Below are positions 39,413-47,778 of a DNA stretch of 55,033 bases, piece by piece. A model generated the notes under the pieces. That model saw nothing but the letters and a program-made list of their open reading frames with translations, had not been told where the DNA came from and ran no database searches. The position numbers and the translations under genes were made by a program. The stretch's first letter is position 1. Every line of letters begins with the position of its first letter. The DNA is taken from NCBI GenBank assembly GCA_021780615.1, contig JAJXYJ010000020.1:1-55033 (forward strand). Direction: 5' to 3'. Origin of the DNA: a bacterium. Its GTDB lineage: Bacteria > Patescibacteriota > Minisyncoccia > UBA6257 > JAGOQP01.

Positions 39413-39760
39413 ATGACTAGAGTTAAACGGGGTACTATCGCCCACAAAAAAAGAGAAAAAGTCCTCAAGAAAACGAAAGGATTCCGCTGGGGCAGAAAAT
39501 CAAAAGAACGTGCCGCAAAAGAGGCGCTCTTGCATGCGCAATCCCGTATGTTCCGCGGCCGCAAAGAAAAGAAACGCGACTATCGCCGCGTTTGGCAGGT
39601 ACGCATTGGTGCCGCTTCACGAATGGAAGGTGTTTCCTACAGTGCTTTTATCGCCGCCCTTAAAAAGCATAACATCACCTTGGATCGTAAAGTCTTGGCA
39701 CAAATCGCCAACGACGCTCCCGATGTCTTTAAGGCGATTGTCCAACTGGCAATGCAATAA
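39413..39760 (+). CDS. rplT: 50S ribosomal protein L20
   Basis: MTRVKRG, KKRDYRRVWQVRI, LDRKVLA. Confidence 0.97.
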   Translation: MTRVKRGTIAHKKREKVLKKTKGFRWGRKSKERAAKEALLHAQSRMFRGRKEKKRDYRRVWQVRIGAASRMEGVSYSAFIAALKKHNITLDRKVLAQIANDAPDVFKAIVQLAMQ

Positions 39761-39775
39761 AAAATTTTCAAACTC

Positions 39776-39806
39776 ATAAAAAACGCCCTCGTAGGGCGTT
39801 TTTTAT
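39776..39806. terminator. bidirectional rho-independent terminator
   Basis: ATAAAAAACGCCCT-cgt-AGGGCGTTTTTTAT. Confidence 0.85.
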
Positions 39807-39825
39807 ATGAAGCAAAGTCATTGCA

Positions 39826-40467
39826 CTACACTCTCTGTAAGGTCAGTAATAAATCACTCAATGGTTTTATATCACCATCATGCGTTGCAATTGTTAGTTT
39901 TAAAAAAGTAGTAAATGATAACGGAATGATGTATGTCAGATCACCACTGCGCCCCAAAAAAACCGGCAACGTATCAGAAAGATGCAAAATAGGACGAGCT
40001 TCCACTCCCGTATAAGCAATGCCGCTATGAGCATCCACGCCATCAACCAGCCACTGATTTATATCTGGATCCCAATAGTATGTCACCGGATTTCCTGCCG
40101 CGTCAGTATCCGTAATGCGCGCCGCAACACTGTAGGATATCGTTATGATATTCCCCTGTCCCTGCCCTGATGTTTGCTGTAACACCATCGTTTCTGGTGT
40201 TGTACTTGCACTCACCACTGTCCATTGAGTATTTTTAATAAAAGAAACCCTCCAATCATTTTCAACAATACGATTATCATTATATGATTGATGATTGACT
40301 GGTTTTTGCACTAAAGCAATGGCCGCCACACGACTTGTCGAGGAAGCAGTTATATGAAGCGCAGAGGCATACCACCATGCCCCACCACCTGCCAACAACA
40401 TCGTTCCAAAAAAAATATAGAAAAATAACCAAGAAGATTTTTGGGGATGGTTCTGGAAATGATTCAT
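39826..40467 (-). CDS. hypothetical membrane-anchored exported protein
   Basis: 213-aa ORF, N-terminal TM, Ser/Thr-rich ectodomain. Confidence 0.7.
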   Translation of the reverse strand: MNHFQNHPQKSSWLFFYIFFGTMLLAGGGAWWYASALHITASSTSRVAAIALVQKPVNHQSYNDNRIVENDWRVSFIKNTQWTVVSASTTPETMVLQQTSGQGQGNIITISYSVAARITDTDAAGNPVTYYWDPDINQWLVDGVDAHSGIAYTGVEARPILHLSDTLPVFLGRSGDLTYIIPLSFTTFLKLTIATHDGDIKPLSDLLLTLQRV

Positions 40468-40478
40468 AGGTAATATAT

Positions 40479-41195
40479 TTACTTCCCCGTGCCCTCATCT
40501 AAGGTGGGATCACTCGTTCCTCGGTATGAGGCAGGAATTTCACGCGTCTCAGCGGATTTCTCGCTTACCGTGTGTGATGCCGGTGCCACAGACGGCCGCC
40601 CCATAGTACCATGTCCCATAGGGGAACGCTTGGTGCCGGATCGACGAACTTTTTTAACATCATGCGTACGGTGCATCAAAAAATCATATGCCTGTTTGAG
40701 CACCTTGCGGTTTTCATTATTCTTCACGCCTCCAAAAATTTTGGACGCCTCGCGATATGTAAACCAACAATAGCCTTCAAAATTCGGTTCGATGCGTACA
40801 TGCTTTTTGGTCGTTTCTGCAAGATAAAAAATGACCGTCTTAAATACTTTCTGGTTATTTTTCACAAACGTCCAATTTTCATACGCCTTGAAATAATCCA
40901 CGAATCTGATATCGCTGCGCGAAATCCCCGTCTCCTCGCGCGTTTCCCGCAATGCCGCCGCAAAGCTCCGCTCTTCTCCTTCTATTTTTCCCCGCGGAAA
41001 TGTCCAATGCTCATGTCCATGAAACAACACCAAAAAATTAGGGCCTTCAGGGGTCCGTCGGAATATAATAATACCTGAGGAAATCTCACGTCGCTGACTT
41101 TTAGTTGGCGGCGCACTGTTCCGCTTAACAAACGGGACAGGCGGTGTTTGATGTCCCTCAGGTGAAGCTGGTTTTGAGGCTTCACGGGGAGTCAT
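40479..41195 (-). CDS. NUDIX hydrolase (Ap4A hydrolase-like) with low-complexity termini
   Basis: HWTFPRGKIEGEERSFAAALRETREETGI Nudix box. Confidence 0.9.
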   Translation of the reverse strand: MTPREASKPASPEGHQTPPVPFVKRNSAPPTKSQRREISSGIIIFRRTPEGPNFLVLFHGHEHWTFPRGKIEGEERSFAAALRETREETGISRSDIRFVDYFKAYENWTFVKNNQKVFKTVIFYLAETTKKHVRIEPNFEGYCWFTYREASKIFGGVKNNENRKVLKQAYDFLMHRTHDVKKVRRSGTKRSPMGHGTMGRPSVAPASHTVSEKSAETREIPASYRGTSDPTLDEGTGK

Positions 41196-41274
41196 AACGA
41201 TAATGAACTCAGTATAGCACGGACATAGAGTATGTCCAACGCACCTCCTTTGAGGTACGCATAGTGCCTACTCC

Positions 41275-43806
41275 TTACACAAAAGTAACATCCCCAGCTT
41301 CAGTCACATCAATGGTCACCGATCCACCCCGATCAAGAGTTCCTTCAAGAATTTTTTTGGAAAGCGGCGCCTTGATATAATCATCAATCGCCTTGCGCAA
41401 CGGTCGCGCACCTGAAGCAGGGTCATACCCCTTCTGAGCAATAAGATGCACTACCGCGGGAGTAATGGTTGTACTAATCCCTTGGTCCTCCAAAGTTCGC
41501 ACCAACGCTTGCACATTAAGTGCCGCAATCTGTTCCACGTCAGAAGGAGACAGTGGTTTAAAAATAACAATGTCAGAAAAACGATTAATCAACTCCGGCT
41601 TGAAATACTGTGTCAATCTCTTTTTAAATTCATCCGCAAACGACGCACTAGTATTCCCGGCTAAAATCTGCTCCTGAATAAAAACGGAATTCGCATTGGA
41701 TGTTGCAATAATAATAGTATTTTTAAAATCAATAACACGTCCTTGGCTGTCAGTGAGTCGTCCATCATCAAACACCTGTAAAAACAAATTTAATAAATCA
41801 GGGTGCGCCTTTTCAAATTCATCCAAAAGAATGAGGCTATAGGGTTGCGCCATAATTGTTTCAGTCAACGCGCCGGCAACCGCTCCGTCCCGCGCTCCGA
41901 TAAATCGCGCGATAGATTCTTTGTCTTGATACTCAGACATATCAAACCGTACCATAAACTTTTCTCCCCCAAAATGAATGATAGCCAACAATTTGGAAAG
42001 TTCTGTTTTTCCCACACCGGTTGGACCCGCAAAAAGAAAAGTCGCAATAGGCCCACCCGTCCGCGCCAACCCGCTCCGATATGCACGCAACGCCTGTGCC
42101 ACCGCGCCCACCGCCTCATCCTGATCAATAAATGATTGGTGAATAGTATCTTCCAAATGCAAAAGCTCATCAGCTTCTTGACGCGAAGTTCGATGCATTG
42201 GCACGTGCACTTTTTGTTCCACTACTGCCTCCACATCAGTGCCGCGCACTGCCTTCTCTCCCTGCTGTGTTGCTTTCATCATCGCTTCTTGCAAAAGATC
42301 TTCTGCACTCGAGGGAAGCGGTTTGGCGTGCAGATACTTAGCCGCCAACGCCACCGCCCGCTGTATCGCCGTATAATACACCGTCACATGATATTTTTTC
42401 TCCAACACAAGCGCGTCATAAGAAAGAAGGGTGCACGCATCCGCCGACGAAATTTCTTCCACGCGAATAGTTTCAAACATACCCGAAAAAAGCGAATTTG
42501 ATTCCACATACAAAGCAAATTCTTTGGGATAGGTAGATCCGATAACAGGAAACACTCCCTCCTTCATGAGCGGCAGGAGCTGATCCGCCAGCGAAGTACC
42601 CTCACTTTCCTGCACGGTTTTTGCCAACAAGTGAATATGAGGAATGTAAAGAATAATATTTCCCGCATGCGTAATTTCATTAACCACGCGCGCCAGCCGC
42701 TCCGATAAAACGTCGCCACTCGCGCCGGAAAGTAAATCAGGAAGAGATAGCTCAACAAGACGGCGATCAAAGAGCGCCCCAGGAACCGCATCGGAAATAA
42801 TATTGTATGCAAGATGAAATACGACTGATTTTTTCCCGACGCCATCCGCTCCTACCAATAACGCATTACCGTGCACGGGTTTGGTAAGAATAGTCACCAA
42901 TTGATCATAGACATCATGATGACCAATCAAAAATCCCCCCTCTCCCGCACGAGCCTCGTCAGTGATATCTCGTGAAAAAAGATCCAAGACTGGCGTTGGA
43001 CGTGAGGTGTGCGTGCGATTAACCCGATGCGTGTGCACGGGCTTCCCGCCCTGCGCAAAACCTCCCAGCGTGAGTGGCACATGCCGACGCGTTGCATACG
43101 CGCTAAACGCAATGGCGCCATCAAGATCATCGGGCGTAATAGAAAATAAATCAAAAATTTTACGAATAGGCGGAAGGGGCGTGTGTGCCAGAGCCGAAAA
43201 AATATTTTCAAGATCAATATACTTTTTATCCTGCTGTGCCGCCTGCAGTGCCGCATACGCGCTCATACGCTTGAGCATTTCTATGAGCACCGCAGAAGAA
43301 AGAGAAGGAGCCACGGTAGAAGAAACGGCAATTTCTTTTTCTAACGCCTGGCGAAAATCAACAAAAGAAATTTCAAGGCGACGAAACGTCTCAGCAAACA
43401 CCCCTCGATCAAGGAGTGCCGCCATCAAAAGCAACTCCAACGATCCTCCTTCAGCCTCAATATGTTCCATCACCGCTACCATCTGCCGTAGTATCGGCCG
43501 ACGAAGACAAAGTCCCACATTGTTATGCGGCACGCGTCCATTAAGAAGCTGCGGCACGCTATAGTGCGCCGAACGAAAATGCAGAAGATAATCCCCCAGC
43601 ATTAAAGAAAGCAAAATACCCGCCCAAATCAACCGCATAACCCCCGACATAAGCAGTGCGGCAATACAGCCAATAAGAATAATAACCGCAACATACGAGC
43701 ACACACGAACAAACGAACGCGCCCACGAATTCATTGTAAAAATTCGCCGAGAAAATGTCAGTGATGAAAGAAATTCTTGCGGATGAGAGAGTGATAATAA
43801 TGTCAT
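41275..43806 (-). CDS. membrane-anchored ClpA/B-like AAA+ ATPase with degenerate NBD1
   Basis: N-terminal TM pair; NBD2 FLFAGPTGVGKTE, LLDEFEKAH, DDGRLTD, IIATSN, FKPELINRF, GARPLR. Confidence 0.88.
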   Translation of the reverse strand: MTLLSLSHPQEFLSSLTFSRRIFTMNSWARSFVRVCSYVAVIILIGCIAALLMSGVMRLIWAGILLSLMLGDYLLHFRSAHYSVPQLLNGRVPHNNVGLCLRRPILRQMVAVMEHIEAEGGSLELLLMAALLDRGVFAETFRRLEISFVDFRQALEKEIAVSSTVAPSLSSAVLIEMLKRMSAYAALQAAQQDKKYIDLENIFSALAHTPLPPIRKIFDLFSITPDDLDGAIAFSAYATRRHVPLTLGGFAQGGKPVHTHRVNRTHTSRPTPVLDLFSRDITDEARAGEGGFLIGHHDVYDQLVTILTKPVHGNALLVGADGVGKKSVVFHLAYNIISDAVPGALFDRRLVELSLPDLLSGASGDVLSERLARVVNEITHAGNIILYIPHIHLLAKTVQESEGTSLADQLLPLMKEGVFPVIGSTYPKEFALYVESNSLFSGMFETIRVEEISSADACTLLSYDALVLEKKYHVTVYYTAIQRAVALAAKYLHAKPLPSSAEDLLQEAMMKATQQGEKAVRGTDVEAVVEQKVHVPMHRTSRQEADELLHLEDTIHQSFIDQDEAVGAVAQALRAYRSGLARTGGPIATFLFAGPTGVGKTELSKLLAIIHFGGEKFMVRFDMSEYQDKESIARFIGARDGAVAGALTETIMAQPYSLILLDEFEKAHPDLLNLFLQVFDDGRLTDSQGRVIDFKNTIIIATSNANSVFIQEQILAGNTSASFADEFKKRLTQYFKPELINRFSDIVIFKPLSPSDVEQIAALNVQALVRTLEDQGISTTITPAVVHLIAQKGYDPASGARPLRKAIDDYIKAPLSKKILEGTLDRGGSVTIDVTEAGDVTFV

Positions 43807-43811
43807 ATACG

Positions 43812-44156
43812 TTATCCAATAATAATGCGATAGATGCCGTATGCCGGAATGGCCGCCCACGCCGCAAATACCACAACTCCACTTAAACCAATGAACGCGT
43901 ACACTAATCCCCCAAACAACAACGTAAGCGCTCGGTACACAAAGCCGATAACGTAGCCAACAATGTTGTACTCCTGATATAATGGTTTAAACAAAAAATG
44001 CGCATTTGCTCTGAGCGCAAATTTTCTCTCAAGCCGCCGAAAAAGAGATCGCACCATATCGTACACGACAAAAAAACCGCCGGCATACCATCGCCGGAAA
44101 AACATGATAATCCTGAAATAGAGCGTTTTTATCAAATATATCGTCACGTCACGCAT
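43812..44156 (-). CDS. small membrane protein closely linked to the Clp-like ATPase
   Basis: FFRRWY, LFKPLYQEY, GYVIGFVYR; stop 5 nt before the Clp start. Confidence 0.75.
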   Translation of the reverse strand: MRDVTIYLIKTLYFRIIMFFRRWYAGGFFVVYDMVRSLFRRLERKFALRANAHFLFKPLYQEYNIVGYVIGFVYRALTLLFGGLVYAFIGLSGVVVFAAWAAIPAYGIYRIIIG

Positions 44157-44213
44157 ATGTATGAATATGGTACAGTGTACCAAATAACAGCTCTTAGTGC
44201 TACTCGCAACTAT

Positions 44214-44255
44214 CCCCTATCTCAATTTTTACGATCGTAAAAATTGAGATAGGGG
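44214..44255. repeat. 42-bp perfect palindrome (CGATCG-centred family)
   Basis: CCCCTATCTCAATTTTTACGA|TCGTAAAAATTGAGATAGGGG. Confidence 0.95.
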
Positions 44256-44342
44256 CACACACAAATCCATCATTTTATTTCATAAAAAGTGCCATTTAAA
44301 GTATTGCTCAAAGCACCATTCAAAGCGCTGTTTCATTCATAG

Positions 44343-44370
44343 AAAAAACCCCCGGCATGATGCCGAGGGC
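44343..44370 (-). terminator. rho-independent terminator after the small acidic ORF
   Basis: minus strand CCCTCGGCA-tca-TGCCGGGGG then TTTTTT. Confidence 0.75.
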
Positions 44371-44392
44371 CTTTTCCCAAAAACAATAATGG

Positions 44393-44560
44393 TTATTGAG
44401 TCTGTTGCTGCTGAGTTTCCTGTCCCTCAACAGAAGTTTCGGAAGCCGGAGCTTCGGGAGAGACAACACCTTCCTCCTTTTTTTCTTCTTCAGGATTCTG
44501 CACGGGCGGAACCTGTGGATTCTGGTTGTCAGTTCCCACGGTCTGATTTTGTGTGTCCAT
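44393..44560 (-). CDS. 55-aa acidic, Gln/Pro-rich small protein (not in the ORF track)
   Basis: MDTQNQTVGTDNQNPQVPPVQNPEEEKKEEGVVSPEAPASETSVEGQETQQQQTQ*, followed by a terminator. Confidence 0.7.
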   Translation of the reverse strand: MDTQNQTVGTDNQNPQVPPVQNPEEEKKEEGVVSPEAPASETSVEGQETQQQQTQ

Positions 44561-44825
44561 AATAGAAATATATTAAAGACGGCTTACGACTATTCACCTT
44601 TATGTTTCTGCGGGTACCATATCACACACAGAAACATGTTGCAAGAAAAATTATCATGACTGCGCCGCAAAACCGCGATTCGACACGCACAGCAGCGCCA
44701 ATATACGATCCTCACAAATTCGGTTCCCGAATTCCGTTTAAGAATTAAGATTTATTTATAAAATTACAAAATTTAAAAATTTAAAATTCTCCTTTCTCCA
44801 GTTACTAATTACTGGTTACCAGTTA

Positions 44826-45746
44826 CTATTGTACCTTATTCAGATACTCATATATATTCAGTACTGCCTTTACCCCGTCACCCATCGCCGTATTAATTTG
44901 ATGATACAACGCATCAGTACCGTCTCCGGCGGCCCATATGCCCGGACATGACGTCTGTTGCGTCTTATGGTCAACGACAATCTGTTTCCGCTCATTGAGC
45001 GTTACCACATCCTGCACCAAACTCGTATTAGGAATGTAGCCAATCTCAACAAACGCGCCACTCACCGGCAAGAAACCCGTTTCACCGGTCTGTGTATTTT
45101 TCCATGCAATACTTTCCAAAAACTGGCTTCCGGCAAATGATTCCGGCGCCGTGTGCATCAGTATCTGCACTTTGGATTCTTTGGCAATACGTTCTTGATA
45201 TACCGGATCACCCTTCAACACATCCGATCTGTTTAAGACATAAATCTTTGTCGCATAAGGAAGCAAATCAATGACCGCCTCAAGCCCGCTGTTACCGCCG
45301 CCAATCACCGCAGCTTCTTTGCCCTTCATTAAAGGCGCGTCGCAAATAGAGCAATAAAAAACACCCTTGCCCTCAAATTGCGCTTCACCGGGAACATCCA
45401 ATTTGCGATAACTACTGCCCACCGTGACCAGTACCGTGTGAGTCTCGTATGTTTTTCCAGCCTGATCAGTGACCACAAATCCCTGTGGCGTTTTTTGTAT
45501 CGCCTGCGCCAATGCCCCCGTGACCACATCAATATGATCCTGCGTCCGCAGATGTTTTTCAAGCGTCTGCGCAAAATCAAAACCACTGATTTTTTCAAAC
45601 CCCACAAAATTTTCTATGAGTGCCGAGTTAATCGATTGCCCGCCAAATGTATCAGTAAGCAACAGCGTCTTTATGCGCTTCCGCGACGCATAAATACCCG
45701 CACCAACGCCTGCCGGCCCTCCGCCGATAATAATAAGATCGTACAT
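44826..45746 (-). CDS. trxB: thioredoxin reductase family (TrxB / AhpF C-terminal-like)
   Basis: IIGGGPAG, GKGVFYCSICDAP, VIGGGNSG, GIWAAGD. Confidence 0.88.
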   Translation of the reverse strand: MYDLIIIGGGPAGVGAGIYASRKRIKTLLLTDTFGGQSINSALIENFVGFEKISGFDFAQTLEKHLRTQDHIDVVTGALAQAIQKTPQGFVVTDQAGKTYETHTVLVTVGSSYRKLDVPGEAQFEGKGVFYCSICDAPLMKGKEAAVIGGGNSGLEAVIDLLPYATKIYVLNRSDVLKGDPVYQERIAKESKVQILMHTAPESFAGSQFLESIAWKNTQTGETGFLPVSGAFVEIGYIPNTSLVQDVVTLNERKQIVVDHKTQQTSCPGIWAAGDGTDALYHQINTAMGDGVKAVLNIYEYLNKVQ

Positions 45747-45769
45747 ATAAGTTTTAGTAATAAGAAGAA

Positions 45770-45918
45770 AAATCCCAAATTACAAATTCCAAATCGCAAA
45801 TAAATTCAAAATATCAAATTCGAAATGGATTCATTTCGGTCATTTGTTTTTTAGTATTTCGATACTATTTGATATTTGATGCTTGGTATTTGGAATTTTA
45901 AAAAATTAATTGGAAATT
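45770..45918. repeat. degenerate 7-nt-periodic inverted repeat tract
   Basis: CAAATTA/CAAATTC/CAAATCG-type units on the left, TTTGATA/TTTGATG/TTGGTAT/TTGGAAT units on the right. Confidence 0.75.
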
Positions 45919-45971
45919 GCGTACCCTCCATAGCTTTCTTAAGCGAAGGAAAGAAAACTGAAAATTATTTC

Positions 45972-46442
45972 CTACTCCTTCTGTGCTCCTGCGTTCTTCC
46001 CCACATTAATCCCTCGCAATATATACAAAAGCACGGCGATAATCACCGCAGAGATAGTTGCAAACGGTATCAATCCAATACCCACCAAGACACCGATAGC
46101 GGCAGTCACCCAAATAACGGCGGCAGTCGTGAGGCCATGCACGCGGGATTCATGCTTCATAATAATGCCCGCTCCCAAAAATCCGATACCCACCACAATA
46201 TTAGCGATCACTCCCAAAAATCCGCTATTGCGCGCAATCACGTCAGCTAAGTTACCCGTTGAAACACTCACAATATAAGGAAGTTCTAACGCCACCATAG
46301 AAAAAAGCGCCGCACCTCCCGATACCAACATAGCGGTTCGGATACCCGCCTCCTTACCAATTAATTCACGCTCAAAGCCCACCAGCACGCCCAACACGAG
46401 CGCCGCCACAAGCCTTATAATCATGTCTTCAAGAGAAAGCAT
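45972..46442 (-). CDS. MgtC/SapB family membrane protein
   Basis: GFERE..GKEAGIRT, IVVGIGFLGAGII, GLTTAAVIW.TAAIG. Confidence 0.92.
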   Translation of the reverse strand: MLSLEDMIIRLVAALVLGVLVGFERELIGKEAGIRTAMLVSGGAALFSMVALELPYIVSVSTGNLADVIARNSGFLGVIANIVVGIGFLGAGIIMKHESRVHGLTTAAVIWVTAAIGVLVGIGLIPFATISAVIIAVLLYILRGINVGKNAGAQKE

Positions 46443-46540
46443 AAGCAAGTTTTAATTTTGAATTTCGAATTTTGAATGAAATCAAATGTAAAAATTTTTC
46501 GAAATTTAAACCTCAAAATTCATACATTCTTCCGATATAC

Positions 46541-46774
46541 TTATTTATCGGAAGCGAGCGCTTCATCAATGGCCGCTCGGTCAAAGCCCACGATAATCGT
46601 GTTATTGATATCCAGCACCGGCACGCCCATTTGGCCTGATTTACGAATCATGTCCGCCGCCGCCTGATCATCTTCCTGCACATTAATATCCTTAAACGGC
46701 ACGCCTTTTTGCGTGAGATATTCCTTTGCCATTTTGCAGTACGGACAAAACGTTGTTGAGTATACGGTAATCAT
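46541..46774 (-). CDS. glutaredoxin/NrdH-redoxin
   Basis: VYSTTFCPYC, SGQMGVPV, IVGFD. Confidence 0.92.
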   Translation of the reverse strand: MITVYSTTFCPYCKMAKEYLTQKGVPFKDINVQEDDQAAADMIRKSGQMGVPVLDINNTIIVGFDRAAIDEALASDK

Positions 46775-46973
46775 AGTAGTTATAAAGTTTAAAGTTATAA
46801 AGTAAAAAGTAATTAGTAACTGAAAAAAATTTTCAATGACCAATTTCCAATAAATTATACAATTGATCAATTTTAAAATTTATTGATCATTGGAAATTGA
46901 TAACTGATAATCGTATGCCCTCCGCTGTCTTTTGATTTTAAAAAACACATTCTCATAATTAAATACTATTATA

Positions 46974-47738
46974 TTATTGCGCAGTGCTTGTAGAAGAAGA
47001 TGCGGCGTTCAGTTGTGCATCAATACTAGCGCTCAGCGATGAAAAGTCAAATGGATTGGCAATCCGCGTGCCGTTTATAAACAATGCAGGCGTTGACACG
47101 CCTTCCGGCATGGCCTGTTGGGCATCAGCAAGATTCATAGCAAGTTCATCGGCATGGGTATGAGCATCAAAGCACGACGTGAACGTTGGCATGGTAAGTC
47201 CAATATTTTGTGCCGTCTGCAAGAAAAAGTCTCGCGTCAAATTTCCGCTATTCTCATTATTCTTTCCCGCTTTCACCTCAGCCTGTTCGGCGGTATAAAT
47301 AGCATCATGCATCTGCACAAACTTTCCCTGGTCATTTGCGCACAAAGCCGCCACCCCTGCATCCCGCGATTCCTCTGATCCGGTCTTATAACTATCAATG
47401 AATGTCAAAATTTTTACCGCCACCTTCACCTTGCCGGTGTTCACATACGTTTGGCGTAACTGCGGTTCAATTTGTGTAAAAAACGCTCCACATGCCGAAC
47501 ACTGAAAATCAAGAAATTCTGTCAGGGTGACCGGCGCCGAAGGATTGCCAATAATGGGCGCGTTGGCGATAGGAATAGCGCCGCCATTCCCCAATGACGC
47601 CGTTCCCAAGGTGCCTGGTAATGAAGTTTTGCTTAATAACACCGCCCCAACAATAATGCCGACAGCAATTAAAACACTAACCGCAATAATGATTTCACTT
47701 GACCCAAAGCCTGCAAATGAGTAATGTTTTTTATACAT
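46974..47738 (-). CDS. DsbA/BdbD-family thiol-disulfide oxidoreductase
   Basis: GNPSAPVTLTEFLDFQCSAC, ALCANDQGKF, GVSTPALFING. Confidence 0.88.
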   Translation of the reverse strand: MYKKHYSFAGFGSSEIIIAVSVLIAVGIIVGAVLLSKTSLPGTLGTASLGNGGAIPIANAPIIGNPSAPVTLTEFLDFQCSACGAFFTQIEPQLRQTYVNTGKVKVAVKILTFIDSYKTGSEESRDAGVAALCANDQGKFVQMHDAIYTAEQAEVKAGKNNENSGNLTRDFFLQTAQNIGLTMPTFTSCFDAHTHADELAMNLADAQQAMPEGVSTPALFINGTRIANPFDFSSLSASIDAQLNAASSSTSTAQ

Positions 47739-47778
47739 ATATGCGCTATACTGACAATGATAATAGTTCTTAGTATAC

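Noticed and set aside
44396-44659. 87-aa plus-strand ORF
   Set aside because: Antisense shadow of the acidic minus-strand ORF, which has the terminator.
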